A stretch of DNA of 63,861 nucleotides, the filler included, from Octopus bimaculoides (taxonomy: Eukaryota), in assembly GCF_001194135.2 (NCBI RefSeq). It is 7 parts of 7 records of this genome, joined end to end, with 100 filler letters (N's around TTAATTAATTAA, not from the genome) between each part and the next. Parts side by side here need not be neighbours in the genome. Positions count along the whole stretch, not along the records: positions 1 to 21,476 come from NC_068985.1; 6 more parts are not named here. One strand, written 5' to 3'. The notes below the pieces were generated by a model, which worked only from the letters and a program-made list of their open reading frames with translations, was not told where the DNA came from and searched no databases. Shown here piece after piece: positions 1-13,331 of the stretch. How positions within the stretch are numbered: the first letter of the stretch is position 1; every line of letters starts with the position of its first letter. The position numbers and the translations under genes are program-made.

Positions 1-39
1 TATATATACACACACACGCGTGTATGTAAGTAACTCGCA

Positions 40-320
40 CTCCCTCGGTTACGACCATTATTCTATTTGATCCGATGAACGGAACAGTCTGCAGATGAAA
101 TAAATGTACAAGAGGCTGGGCGCTCAACAAACACGCGTACCGTTAACGTAGTTCTAAGAGAGATTCAGCGTGACACAAACAGTGACTAGGCTGACTCTGT
201 GAATTTGACGTTCTGCTCATTTTTGCCTGATGAGTGGCCCGGTGGAACGTGAAAACCAAGTGTCTTGCTCAAAGACAGAAAACGCCCCCTGAAATCGAAC
301 TCATGATCCTGCGATTAAGT
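40..320 (-). mobile_element. Old SINE family C-like copy
   Basis: Degenerate match to the family C body at 48023-48410 (gatccgatgaacggaacag, ttaacgtagttct, cagcgtgacac), ending in a reversed tRNA-like head (gaaatcgaactc). Confidence 0.6.
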
Positions 321-424
321 GGTTAGCGGTATATGTATGGACACATGTGTGTGCGTATATACACACACACAAACACACAAACAAAACAAACATACATAAT
401 ATATTACCTAGAATATTACCTTAA

Positions 425-537
425 AAGAACAACTGTCTGTGGAGTGCTCAGCCACTTGCACGTTAATTTTACGAGCAGGCTGTTCCGTTGATCGTATCAA
501 CTGGAACCCTCGACGTCGTAAGCGACGGAGTGCCACC
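425..537 (+). mobile_element. SINE family C 3' tail
   Basis: Reverse complement of 48030-48135 (ctgtggagtgctcagccacttgcacgttaatt...gacgtcgtaagcgacggagtgcca). Confidence 0.8.
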
Positions 538-1636
538 ACACACACACACACACAAAAACACAATTATTGAATTCATCCAAGAAAATTCACAATCACATGT
601 AGAAAAATTGAAGTAAATACACTAANNNNNNNNNNTATATATATATATATATATATATATTTACATACATACATACATACATACACTTCATAGGCATACG
701 TTAATGTATATATGTGTATACATATATCTGTATACATATATATATGTGTGTGTGTATGTATGTATATATGTGTGTGTGCATGTATGTATGTATGTATGTA
801 TGTATGTATGTATGTATGTATGTATGCTAGCAAGCTATATATTACCTTTTGATCTGATGTCGACTCTCTTGTATATTCCGCTTCAGTTTTATAGTAATCA
901 CAATCCGTTATATTTATCTTCTTACGCTCTTCTTCGACCCAAATCAACAATTAAAATTTAAACTGTTAATTACAGCCAATCAAAAAAGAGTCTTGTTACA
1001 TAGGATGGCTGTCTGATAGACAAAGTACACTGAAGTACTGATTAGTATATAAATCCAGCAAGAGGAGACAAAAAAATAAGTCCCTTCTAAGTTTGACAGA
1101 TGAGGGCAAAAATTACACGGTCTGGCTGCGAAATGTCCTGGTACTCGTACGTCGTGTATCTGCTTATAATAACTATATCCACATTATCGATATGTTTGAT
1201 GAGAATTAAAATATTGCTGAATCAACAAGAGTTCAATATTTGCAACATATGTGCTGTGATGCCGCGTCTCTTGAAGTCTAATTCGGTTTCAAAAGGTATT
1301 TTAGTGTGGCATTGTTGCGTGTATAAATATATATTAGTATACATAAACGTATGTGTGCGTATATGTAAAAGAGGGAGAGAGGGATATAGTGGGGTATGTT
1401 CTTTGATATAGCTTTGTAAGTACCTTTAACGTATACTTTGTGTTATAGTAATAACAGGTGTCAATTTTTTCCCTCTTTTTTTTTTTTTTGTTTTTGAAGG
1501 TTCGGATCGCTGCTTCTCTGAACCTTCGCAAGATAAATTTCAGTTTTGAATCTTGCTCATTAGAAGTGCTTACATAAATATACACACTCACACTCCTTTG
1601 CACTCGTGCTAACACTTAAAAGCTAGTAAAAATATA

Positions 1637-1679
<43 letters not shown>

Positions 1680-1825
1680 CTATATATATAGATAGATAGA
1701 TATAGATAAAGATATTTATATATGTTTGTGTGTGGCTGTGTGTATATGCATGTATATGTTATATGTGCATGTGTGTGGTGGGAGATGTGTTTGTGCGTAT
1801 ATAAATTGGACGGTGCGTGTGTGTA

Positions 1826-1867
<42 letters not shown>

Positions 1868-2316
1868 AGTGTAGGTGAGTGCTGAGTATGGTGTGGGTGT
1901 GAACGTGTATGAATGCCTATGTACTTAAAAGACTTATAGCAAAGACACAAAAACACACACACATTAATACATACACACACACGCGCACTTACGCACACAC
2001 GCACACATATACATACGCGTGCGCATACACAAACGTTATGAAATGAAACGTTGCGTCCGGATATAGTCGATCCTATATAGAAAGACGTATTTACACGCAC
2101 ACACTCGCACACTCACACACATACGACACAGTTTCACACACACAAACGCATTCACACCCATATATACGCAACTAAGCAGTCATTAACTCACTTGAATGCA
2201 TGCATCTTAATACGTCCACTTTCAAACATTGTTAGACACAATGGCGAAAAGTGAGCAATCATATACACATTATGTTAATAAAGCAGATATTTGCCTCCGA
2301 AATCGCACATGTACAT

Positions 2317-2415
<99 letters not shown>

Positions 2416-2689
2416 CTCACACACACACACACACCATATAGTACTGGACACATGCGTACAAAAACACACCTATATACGTTTTCACACGCATGATTGAAAT
2501 GTACGAAAACACATCTTAATACATAACGTTTTGTGTGACTCAAAGTATAAGACCAATTTATGACTTATGTTAATGGAGAAATGCATGAATGTCATGTAAT
2601 CTCTGAAGGACTTCGTTGTCAATTCATGTGAAAGCACAGCAGTCGGTAACGCCAAATAACGAGACAAGTGATTAAAAGTTTAAAACTTT

Positions 2690-3146
2690 GTAAGACTGTG
2701 TGGTAAGAAGTTTGCTTACCAACCACATGGTTCTGGGTTCAGTTCCACTGTGTGGCACCTTGGGCAGAGTGTCTTCTACTATAGCTTCGGGCCGACCAAA
2801 GCCTTTTGAGAGGATTTGGTAGACGGAAACTGAAAGACGCCCATCGTATATATATATATATNNNNNNNNNNNNNNNNNNNNNNNNNNNNNNNNNNNNNNN
2901 NNNNNNNNNNNNNNNNNNNNNNNNNNNNNNNNNNNNNNNNNNNNNNNNNNNNNNNNNNNNNNNNNNNNNNNNNNNNNNNNNNNNNNNNNNTGTGTTTATG
3001 TCCCCATAACTTAGCGGTTCGGCAAAAGAAGACGATAGAATAAGTACTAGGCTTACAAAGAATAAGTTCTGGGGTCGATTTGCTCGACTAAAGGCGGTGC
3101 TCCAGCATGGCCGCAGTCAAATGACTGAAACAAGTAAAAGAGTAAA
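2690..3146 (+). mobile_element. SINE family B with internal microsatellite and gap
   Basis: Head tgtgtggtaagaagtttgcttaccaaccacatggttctgggttcagttcc, then (TA)n, an N gap, and tail ...ggcggtgctccagcatggccgcagtcaaatgactgaaacaagtaaaagag. Confidence 0.85.
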
Positions 3147-3633
3147 ACATTACTGAGGTTATGTGTACATCATAGCAAAGCATTTACTATCGACAAGCTC
3201 AGGCCACCAAGTAGCCCAACTTGCTGTCATTGAAATTTAATCTCATGTAAACCTAGTTCAAGAAGATATATGATCTGAGGACCATCCAACTGCGCCCATT
3301 ACGTTTCATTTTTAAAGAGTCTATATCTGGGACTGCATCCTCTAACAAAATTCAAGATGGTGTATCGGAAGTATTTCAAGGAAATTTTTGGCTGAAACTT
3401 CTAGGAAACCAAACAACCCCATAAACATTGCTCCTTTCAGGCTTTCTATTTCACCATGTCCAGGCGAATATAATTTTTAATGGTGAGAGCATTGATGCTG
3501 ACGCACACATACACGCGCGCGCGCGCGCGCGCGTGTGTGTGTATGTATATACTTCTCGATTGCTGATATTTGTCAGTGACTTCTCTCATTGAATTGATGC
3601 ACTATTTTCTATCATTAGCAGGATTGTCAGCAT

Positions 3634-3673
<40 letters not shown>

Positions 3674-3956
3674 NNNNNNNNNNNNNNNNNNNNNNNNNNN
3701 NNNNNNNNNNNNNNNNNNNNNNNNNNNNNNNNNNNNNNNNNNNNNNNNNNNNNNNNNNNNNNNNNNNNNNNNNNNNNNNNNNNNNNNNNNNNNNNNNNNN
3801 NNNNNNNNNNNNNNNNNNNNNNNNNNNNNNNNNNNNNNNNNNNNNNNNNNNNNNNNNNNNNNNNNNNNNNNNNNNNNNNNNNNNNNNNNNNNNNNNNNNN
3901 NNNNNNNNNNNNNNNNNNNNNNNNNNNNNNNNNNNNNNNNNNNNNNNNNNNNNNNN

Positions 3957-4033
<77 letters not shown>

Positions 4034-4915
4034 ATATATACGCACACTAACATGCGGATACGGGGAGAACGTAAGTAAAGAATGTTACACAAATGCACAA
4101 AGAAGCAGAAATGCAACAACAACAAAAGCAAAAACCGTAAATATAACTAAAAACCCCTCTCGGAAGTACAAGTTAGGTGCAGCTAGTGTTGATTTGTATG
4201 CATAAGAATTGCTTTTTTCTTTTTACAACTTTTTAATTCTTTGAATACTTCTTGTAAAAGGGCGCTTCTTTCAAAACAAGAAACAGAGCTCCACTATTAG
4301 AATCTAGATAACAACAATAAAAAGACTTTTGAGCTTTTCAAAGTAAATTATTTTTACTTTTCTACTTCGAGATGAACTTTGCAGAGGCCCTGTTAACCCT
4401 TTCACTGCGAAATTAATCTTCGTGGTTATTCCAGTAATGGTGTTAATTATATTCCACAAGTAGAATTGGTATTTTCTGTTTGTTACGTTGTCTCAATAGA
4501 CTTGACATATCTCAATAGAAAATAGTTTCTGCCATGATATTCTTCCACAAGATATAAATTTGTATATAACACTAGGTTCTGTAGTTAAAGATATTTTCAG
4601 TGGATATATATGATTTCCGTTGTAAACGTATTAACTAGTTACTCTTTGTTTGAAAGCCTAAGGTTTATCTAGATCACTGCCTAAAAGTTTAGCAACAATA
4701 AGCAAATGTAATGTGATTATGGCCAATAAAATGTGAATACATAATCTATAGAGAGAAGTTGTACATTTAAAAAGCAGTTGTCCATAACTGCTCTCTCTCT
4801 CTTTCACTGAAGTTGAAATAAATATTTATTTACGTTGTGTCAACTTGTTATGCTTATATATATATATATATGTGTGTGTATGTGTGTAAGTGTGTGTTTG
4901 TGGAGNNNNNNNNNN

Positions 4916-4987
<72 letters not shown>

Positions 4988-5059
4988 TGAAGCATGAGAC
5001 ATGGTGCATTTACATTTGTTTTGCTGAGAATGCTCCACCGATTCTCCTTACGTTGAGCG

Positions 5060-5282
5060 TATGCGAGGTGGTGCTGAAAAGTTCCTGGCTTTGGGTAAAA
5101 GGAAATTCAGGAGAATCGGTTAATTATGATTTTATTCAACATATTCCTCTCTCAGATTCACACAGTTACTCTAGGGGTCCTTCAGTTTTGCAAAGCCCAG
5201 TAAAAGAACTTGGAAGTTTGGGTCTCTAACCAGGCCTCTCGCGATACCCTTAAAGCCTGGAACTTTTCAGCTCCTTCCCGTA
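5060..5282 (-). mobile_element. Mariner-derived MITE
   Basis: About 30-bp TIRs (TAtgcgaggtggtgctgaaaagttcctggcttt / aaagcctggaacttttcagctccttcccgTA) with TA at both ends. The minus strand retains a transposase C-terminus, LLGFAKLKDP*SNCVNLREEYVE*. Confidence 0.85.
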
Positions 5283-7241
5283 AATATGCTCAAAATAATG
5301 TATGCAAGTATGTTTACGTACGTACATACATACGTACGTACATACATACGTACATACATACATACACAGGCAGACGGGCATATTTCTCTTTCATGTTTGA
5401 AGATGTCTTTGCTTATGAATAAAGCCCTTATCAAGTGCATATATGGATTGCATCTATGTAATGTGACATCATGTGTTTGCGAACGCTGAAGCATATGTAA
5501 CAGATGAAACGAAGGAGTGCCAAGTTCAAGCTCATATTCTCTTCTCTCGTTATTTACGTACACGCAACGGTGGGAAATTAATGCGGTTATCAATAAAATC
5601 TGAAACCTAAATGGAATAATTGTCGCACGCTAAGCACATCCATCTAACCATGTGCGCGCGCATGTGTTTGTTGTAGGTTTTAATGTTTAGTACAAGCAAG
5701 GTGTTGTGTATGAGGACTATATACATATTTGCTGATTGGTACAGTAAAGAAGAATTTCATTATTGATGAGAAATGTCTGTATAGAAACAATGTATCGGTA
5801 CCATCATATTCTATGAACAGCCAAAAGCCTTATAGTTAAAGGAATGGTATTATCTACCTGTGAAAGCGTCAGTTTTAACATTTTCATAAAAATATATTTG
5901 GATAGTGTAGACTTTTGGGGATATCTCTTTTATGTCATGATCTTCAAGCAGAATATTCGTCAAATCTATCCCACCCGTGCGGGATGGTATAGAAAGATCA
6001 GGCATACCGTTATTTGCTTATGAAAAGATAAGGAAAATTTAACGCCAGTCATATTATGGATTAACCGAACATATGAGAGGAATTAGGCTACCTTATCCAG
6101 TGATCTCGAAAGTGGTAAATCCTGATCATAAATAAAACACCAACTACTTGTAAACTAATTTTCGATACAATGAGTCAAATACACAAACGACATCTTAAAG
6201 AAAAGCGTGTCCAATGACGAAATGAAATTCTTTCTAAATCTATTGCTTAAAAATAATGGAAAAGCAATGTAATCATACAGTTGAGTGGTCGGAGGTAAGA
6301 ACTGAATAGAACCACTATTTAGGAAACATATTCTAGCTGACCCCAAATATGAAATATTTAATAGATATAACATCAAAATGAGTTTCAGTTGCATACTCAT
6401 TACTGGAGGAATGATAAACTACCAAACCAAGAGGCATAGTGATAGGTCGTAAAATAGTGATTCACTTCTAAACTATATGTGGCTGTAAATGTTTGAACTA
6501 TTGGGGAAGCAATACAAAGGTGATAATAGAAAACCCCTGTACGACTCTTGGAATCAACTACACATATATTACAATATTGTAGAAACAGTGAGGTAGCTTC
6601 TATACGGTCATTCATCTTGTTATAAATAGCAGTCAAGTCTCCTTCAAATCACAACTTGCTGAAATGCAAGAAATGCATTAGATAGTGTTTTAGCAATGCC
6701 TGAAACAGACGCATGATCACTGCTGAAAAGCATTTGTTTACATTTCTGCCAGATGACATTTGGCTGAGTACTAAAAAAAAACTACATTGACATATATAAG
6801 GAGAAAAAGACTCTCTTTCAAAATAAAAATAATAATAAAATATTGAAATAAAATATCACCACTGCATACAAACAAATAAATAAAATGAAAAGAAAAAGAA
6901 CTCATTCCCAAGTCTACGAAATTTTATACCAAAGACAAGACGCGAGATACTGACAGCTAAAAACTGTCATGTCAGCGTATCAAATTATAAAAGAATACAA
7001 AAAATCATGAGTTAATACTTGTTCAAAGATTGCGGAAATTTCTGCACCTCACCCCCGCAAAAAGAAAACATGCAGTTGTGGGCAAAAGTAGATATAAAGT
7101 TGCTTCATATGAGTGCAGTGTTCTTATCATTTTATTTCTTTTCAGGATAAGAATTCTATAATTCTATGTTGTTTTTAATTTATTCGTTTCATAATAAAAT
7201 AATTATTCCTTATTTCAGATATCCATTAACTGGTTGGAAAT

Positions 7242-7530
7242 TTGACCAACGTTGAACGAAAGTAGATCATCGAGTACTACTGGAAAACAGAGAATTCAAG
7301 GAAGGTCAGACAGAAATGGACTGAAAAATTTCAAGGACCTGCTCTGACAAGGTTAACAGCTTGTAGAACACGTGATAAATTTGAGCAGACTGGGTCCATC
7401 TGCAATGTTCAAAACAGTGGTCGACCGGTTAGTATTACCACTAACGAAAATTAAATGCTTGTGGCTCAAACCGTGGAGATAAAAAGAAAAAGGAGGACTT
7501 CTAATGAACTAGACTTCTCCCGCAGATAAC
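7242..7530 (+). pseudogene. Tc1/mariner transposase N-terminal HTH relic (DUF4817-type)
   Basis: Manual translation gives LTNVERK*IIEYYWKTENSRKVRQKWTEKFQGPALTRLTACRTRDKFEQTGSICNVQNSGRPVSITTNEN*, with the KF..TGS...SGRP signature and in-frame stops. Confidence 0.8.
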
Positions 7531-7778
7531 TTAGTCATCTTACGAATCTGTTTGGTAAAAAAAAAAGAAAGAAATTAAAAGAATATTCCACACATACTAA
7601 GAAACTGTATACCTACTTTTGCCCGTGAATGTATTTGCGATGTTTGGTAAAAACACACAATCGAAAAAGCAAGTCACTCCCAACGAAAGATTCGGATTGT
7701 TTATGTATATATACGTATGCATATAAGTTTATGTATATATACGTATGCATATAAGTTTATGTATATATACGTACGTAA

Positions 7779-7837
<59 letters not shown>

Positions 7838-8493
7838 TAAACAATTGCAGCGTGGAAGGTATTTATAAGCCATTTAAGAAACACAAAAAACCCGTAAGAC
7901 TCACCTCAACGTTTGAATTTAATTCTCCAAAATATTTTCGTCGTTTTGAGACCGCGACCTGTTCACTGACAAAATTCCGTGCTGCATCTGAGAAAGTAAC
8001 CGTTAGTTCATGATATATATATGTACGTATGCATGTGTGTATGTATGTATGTATGTATGTACGTATGTACTTATGGATGTGAGTATTTAGGTTAGTGCAT
8101 AGGCGTGTCTGTGTGTGTGTACATGTGTATGTACATTTGAACGTATGTTAATGTACTGATATGTGTGTCATATGATTTACTTTGTTGAAGGTTGTATACA
8201 CACACATGCATATGCATATACATATATATATATANNNNNNNNNNNNNNNNNNNNNNNNNNNNNNNNNNNNNNNNNNNNNNNNNNNNNNNNNNNNNNNNNN
8301 NNNNNNNNNNNNNNNNNNNNNNNNNNNNNNNNNNNNNNNNNNNNNNNNNNNNNNNNNNNNNNNNNNNNNNNNNNNNNNNNNNNNNNNNNNNNNNNNNNNN
8401 NNNNNNNNNNNNNNNNNNNNNNNNNNNNNNNNNNNNNNNNNNNNNNNNNNNNNNNNNNNNNNNNNNNNNNNNNNNNNNNNNNNNNNNNNNNNN

Positions 8494-8538
<45 letters not shown>

Positions 8539-8597
8539 CAGAGAGAAAGAGAGAGATATACATATATATATATATACATATATACACACATACATAT

Positions 8598-8628
<31 letters not shown>

Positions 8629-9039
8629 AACATACATACACATATACATATATACAGATATATATGACACTATATTCAAGGATAATGGTTAAAATTCAAA
8701 TTTGCATTTAAATTTTTTTATTATAATCTTTTTTTTTATTTTTTACAGACATACAAACACCACACATACATATATCTACACACATACTCATACGTGGATG
8801 CATGTAGATACTCATACACTCACATACTCACACAACACATACACACACGTACACACACACATACATCTACACATACGTACATACGTATTAAACTATATAC
8901 GCTCATACAGTTATATATAAGTACATATATGTATTTTAGAGTATGATGCATCTCAACATATATGTATGGATTTCCACATGTAAATGAGAGAGAAGGGTGG
9001 CTATAGAGGGGTACTCCCGAGTGGAATCTGGATGTTACC

Positions 9040-9306
9040 CTATTCGGATTTACGGTTGAGAGTGGGTTTGTATTCTTGTATACAGACAGCTTCAGTGACT
9101 TGTCTCAGCATTGCATCAGTGGAATGTGTGGATAAGATGTTTAACTTAATTCTCCCTAAGGAGCCCTTGTGGCAGTCTACAGCATGCTGATAGAAGATGG
9201 AGTTTGGTTCCTTTTCAATGTAGTTGTCCAGGTGTTCTTTGAACCTATCATTGATACTGCTAGAAGTCTCACCAACGTATGACTCTGGGTTAGTCACGCA
9301 AGTCAC
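9040..9306 (-). mobile_element. Penelope-like element relic, GIY-YIG endonuclease C-terminal part
   Basis: RVTC...SYVGETSSSINDRFKEH...HAVDCH...NILSTH...RQVTEAVCIQEYKPTLNR matches the YxGET / RFxEH / EAxxI...PxLN motifs. There is a stop just upstream and no RT domain. Confidence 0.85.
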
Positions 9307-9823
9307 TCGCTATTTAAGGGGTGGATGTAGGTGTCTTCAAAATAAAGCTGGACCTCTTCCTGTCAAGTGTCCCAGATGAACCAACTATCCGAGCACTGGG
9401 TTCGTCAGTTTCTATCCAGCGATGCGATCAATATTTGATTCTCACGATCAGTCGACCTAATTCTGCATTTCATTACTCACAGTTTTGAACTGCTAAACAT
9501 TATTATTGCACTTCCTTAATATGAATCTTAAACATTAAAGACTTCATTCATACATTTCTATACACACATGCTTTTTTGAATGCCCATTACCCCGATAATT
9601 CTGATTTTTACAGCTATACTTTTTCCATGACAGTAGGTAAATTTTTTATCCCACAACTTATTTGTAGCGGATTCATGCAGGCATAGTGTGGATTCGATGC
9701 TCGATTGCCAAATTTCACTTAACAGCAGCGCTTTTCTCACGGTAACAATAGTTTTTCTGTGAATGACAGCAGTTATATATTTCCCAGATGCCTTCGCTAA
9801 GCAGAATAATGTCTTTGCCTCTA

Positions 9824-9915
9824 GCCAACCCCCAACAACCTCTCTCACCAACCTCCGGCAATCTTTCTCGCCAACCTCCGAAAACCTCTGTAGCCAACCT
9901 CCAGCAATCTCTCCC
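9824..9915. repeat. Minisatellite, 4 x 23 bp
   Basis: gccaacccccaacaacctctctc / accaacctccggcaatctttctc / gccaacctccgaaaacctctgta / gccaacctccagcaatctctccc. Confidence 0.85.
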
Positions 9916-10674
9916 GACTCCAACTGACAGTTTTTTTGTACTTTTTCGTGACGGAAAATACACCTTTTGTGGCAGTTATAACGAAATTGCTTTCTTATAT
10001 CAGAGTAATAAGGCGTTTCAATAGAACATCTTTACCCCCGGGAAATACCGNNNNNNNNNNNNNNNNNNNNNNNNNNNNNNNNNNNNNNNNNNNNNNNNNN
10101 NNNNNNNNNNNNNNNNNNNNNNNNNNNNNNNNNNNNNNNNNNNNNNNNNNNNNNNNNNNNNNNNNNNNNNNNNNNNNNNNNNNNNNNNNNNNNNNNNNNN
10201 NNNNNNNNNNNNNNNNNNNNNNNNNNNNNNNNNNNNNNNNNNNNNNNNNNNNNNNNNNNNNNNNNNNNNNNNNNNNNNNNNNNNNNNNNNNNNNNNNNNN
10301 NNNNNNNNNNNNNNNNNNNNNNNNNNNNNNNNNNNNNNNNNNNNNNNNNNNNNNNNNNNNNNNNNNNNNNNNNNNNNNNNNNNNNNNNNNNNNNNNNNNN
10401 NNNNNNNNNNNNNNNNNNNNNNNNNNNNNNNNNNNNNNNNNNNNNNNNNNNNNNNNNNNNNNNNNNNNNNNNNNNNNNNNNNNNNNNNNNNNNNNNNNNN
10501 NNNNNNNNNNNNNNNNNNNNNNNNNNNNNNNNNNNNNNNNNNNNNNNNNNNNNNNNNNNNNNNNNNNNNNNNNNNNNNNNNNNNNNNNTTCAGTTTCCGT
10601 CTACCAAATCCATTCACAAGGCTTTTGTTGACCTTACCAAGTTGGTACGTAGTGGGACTGAACAGAAACTATAT

Positions 10675-10715
<41 letters not shown>

Positions 10716-11244
10716 CGCGCGTTTGTATTTGTGTGTGTGTATGTATGTATGTGTGTGTGTGTGTGTGTGTATGTGTGTGTGTGTGCGTGTGTGTGTGTGT
10801 GTGTTTTCATGTATTTTAAATTCCGCTGGAAGATGCATCAAAATGTTTTAAGACAAACAAGTGTGACTTAGACATTCACTATGGAAACGATGTGAATTCA
10901 TGAAAATCGTTTTTACATACAAGATTTCAGTTGCTGATGAAGTGAGACACACTTATTAAACAAACTTATCATATGACCATTATGAAAACACATGTTCAAT
11001 AATTATTTACATAAATGCTATTTACATAAATCCTTGAGCCCAAAAGCCTACAATAGAAATTAGTATTAAAGGCAGCAAACTAGTGGAATCTTTACACCCT
11101 CGGAAAAAAATGCTTTGCGGTATATCTTCCGGGTCTTTACGTTCTAAGTTCAAATTTCAGAAACCACTTGTACCTGCATATAAATAAATAAACAGAACCT
11201 CTGTTGGTGCTGATTAACTTTTCTTTATTATTATTAATAACTTG

Positions 11245-11460
11245 CTAAGAAGGTGAGCTGGTAGAATCTTTTTCACGCTCGACGAAATGCTTAGCCGTAT
11301 TTCGTCCGTCTTTACGTTCTGAGTTCAAATTCCGCCAAGGTCGACTTTGCCTCTCATCCATTCGGGATTGATAAATTAATTACCAGTTATGTACTGGGGT
11401 CGATCTTATCGACTGAACCCTAGCCCAAAATTTCGGGCCTTGTGCCTAGAGTAGAAAAAT
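11245..11460 (+). mobile_element. SINE family A (tail type 1)
   Basis: tRNA-like head with A-box-like gagctggtagaat and B-box-like gagttcaaattcc, body gtcgactttgcctctcatcc...gataaattaattaccag, tail aaaatttcgggccttgtgcctagagtagaaa. Confidence 0.85.
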
Positions 11461-11479
11461 AAAATTTAAAAAAAACCTT

Positions 11480-12040
11480 TCTAGGCGCAGGAGTTGTTGT
11501 GTGGTAAGTAGCTTGCTTACCAACCACTTGATTCTGNNNNNNNNNNNNNNNNNNNNNNNNNNNNNNNNNNNNNNNNNNNNNNNNNNNNNNNNNNNNNNNN
11601 NNNNNNNNNNNNNNNNNNNNNNNNNNNNNNNNNNNNNNNNNNNNNNNNNNNNNNNNNNNNNNNNNNNNNNNNNNNNNNNNNNNNNNNNNNNNNNNNNNNN
11701 NNNNNNNNNNNNNNNNNNNNNNNNNNNNNNNNNNNNNNNNNNNNNNNNNNNNNNNNNNNNNNNNNNNNNNNNNNNNNNNNNNNNNNNNNNNNNNNNNNNN
11801 NNNNNNNNNNNNNNNNNNNNNNNNNNNNNNGTTTGTGTTACTGTGTTTGTCCTCCCAACATCGCTTGACAACCGATGCTGGTGTGTTTACGTCCCCGTAA
11901 CTTAGCGGTTCGGCAAAAGTGACCGATAGAATAAGTACTAGACTTCCAAAGAATAAGTCCTGGGGTCGATTTGCTCGACTAAAGGCTGTGCTCCAGCATG
12001 TCCGCAGTCAAATGACTGAAACAATTAAAAGAGTAAAAAC
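11480..12040 (+). mobile_element. SINE family B, central part in N gap
   Basis: Head aggcgcaggagttgttgtgtggtaagtagcttgcttaccaacc, a gap, then the full B tail to aaagagtaaaaa. Confidence 0.85.
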
Positions 12041-12044
12041 TAGC

Positions 12045-12430
12045 TGGAGGAAGTGCTTAGCACTATTTCTTCAAGCTTTACATTTCGAGTTCACATTCCA
12101 ACAAGGTCGGCTTTGCTTTTCATCCTTCCGGGTTCGATAAAATAAGTACCAGTTGAGCACTCGGATCGAGGTAATCAGAAACTCTCCATCTACAAAATTT
12201 CCGCACCTTGTGCCTATATTGGAATGAAGAATTATTAATATGCTATTCTGTCTAAGACGGCGAGCTGGCAGAATTTTCAGCTTCTCCAGGCAAAATGCTT
12301 TGCAGCATTTCGGCTGTGTATACGCTCTGAATTGAAATTCCGCCGAGGCCGACTTTGCCTTTCATCCTTTCGAGATCGATAAAATAAGTATCAGCTGCGT
12401 ACTGGGGTCGATGCAATCGACTTAGCTTGT
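12045..12430 (+). mobile_element. Two tandem SINE family A copies (about 12045-12235 and 12253-12430)
   Basis: Each carries gactttgc(c/t)tttcatcctt...gataaaataagta. The second has the head aagacggcgagctggcagaat. Confidence 0.8.
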
Positions 12431-12604
12431 TGGCCATGTGGCAAAGTTGAAACCAATATACAATTCTGTACACTACACACAAGCATGCGTATATACCTAC
12501 ATGTAAAAATACACACTAACACGCACAGGCATGCATACATACATACGCATATATATACATACAAACGCATGTATATATATATATATATATACATATATAT
12601 ATAC

Positions 12605-12670
<66 letters not shown>

Positions 12671-13283
12671 NNNNNNNNNNNNNNNNNNNNNNNNNNNNNN
12701 NNNNNNNNNNNNNNNNNNNNNNNNNNNNNNNNNNNNNNNNNNNNNNNNNNNNNNNNNNNNNNNNNNNNNNNNNNNNNNNNNNNNNNNNNNNNNNNNNNNN
12801 NNNNNNNNNNNNNNNNNNNNNNNNNNNNNNNNNNNNNNNNNNNNNNNNNNNNNNNNNNNNNNNNNNNNNNNNNNNNNNNNNNNNNNNNNNNNNNNNNNNN
12901 NNNNNNNNNNNNNNNNNNNNNNNNNNNNNNNNNNNNNNNNNNNNNNNNNNNNNNNNNNNNNNNNNNNNNNNNNNNNNNNNNNNNNNNNNNNNNNNNNNNN
13001 NNNNNNNNNNNNNNNNNNNNNNNNNNNNNNNNNNNNNNNNNNNNNNNNNNNNNNNNNNNNNNNNNNNNNNNNNNNNNNNNNNNNNNNNNNNNNNNNNNNN
13101 NNNNNNNNNNNNNNNNNNNNNNNNNNNNNNNNNNNNNNNNNNNNNNNNNNNNNNNNNNNNNNNNNNNNNNNNNNNNNNNNNNNNNNNNNNNNNNNNNNNN
13201 NNNNNNNNNNNNNNNNNNNNNNNNNNNNNNNNNNNNNNNNNNNNNNNNNNNNNNNNNNNNNNNNNNNNNNNNNNNNNNNNNNN

Positions 13284-13331
<48 letters not shown>

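Noticed and set aside
225-256. CTGATGA...GAAA hammerhead-like spacing
   Set aside because: It lies within a decayed SINE central segment and there is no stem II.
9558-9963. ORFs of 121 and 82 aa with repeated GGW motifs
   Set aside because: They are explained by translation of the 23-bp tandem array.
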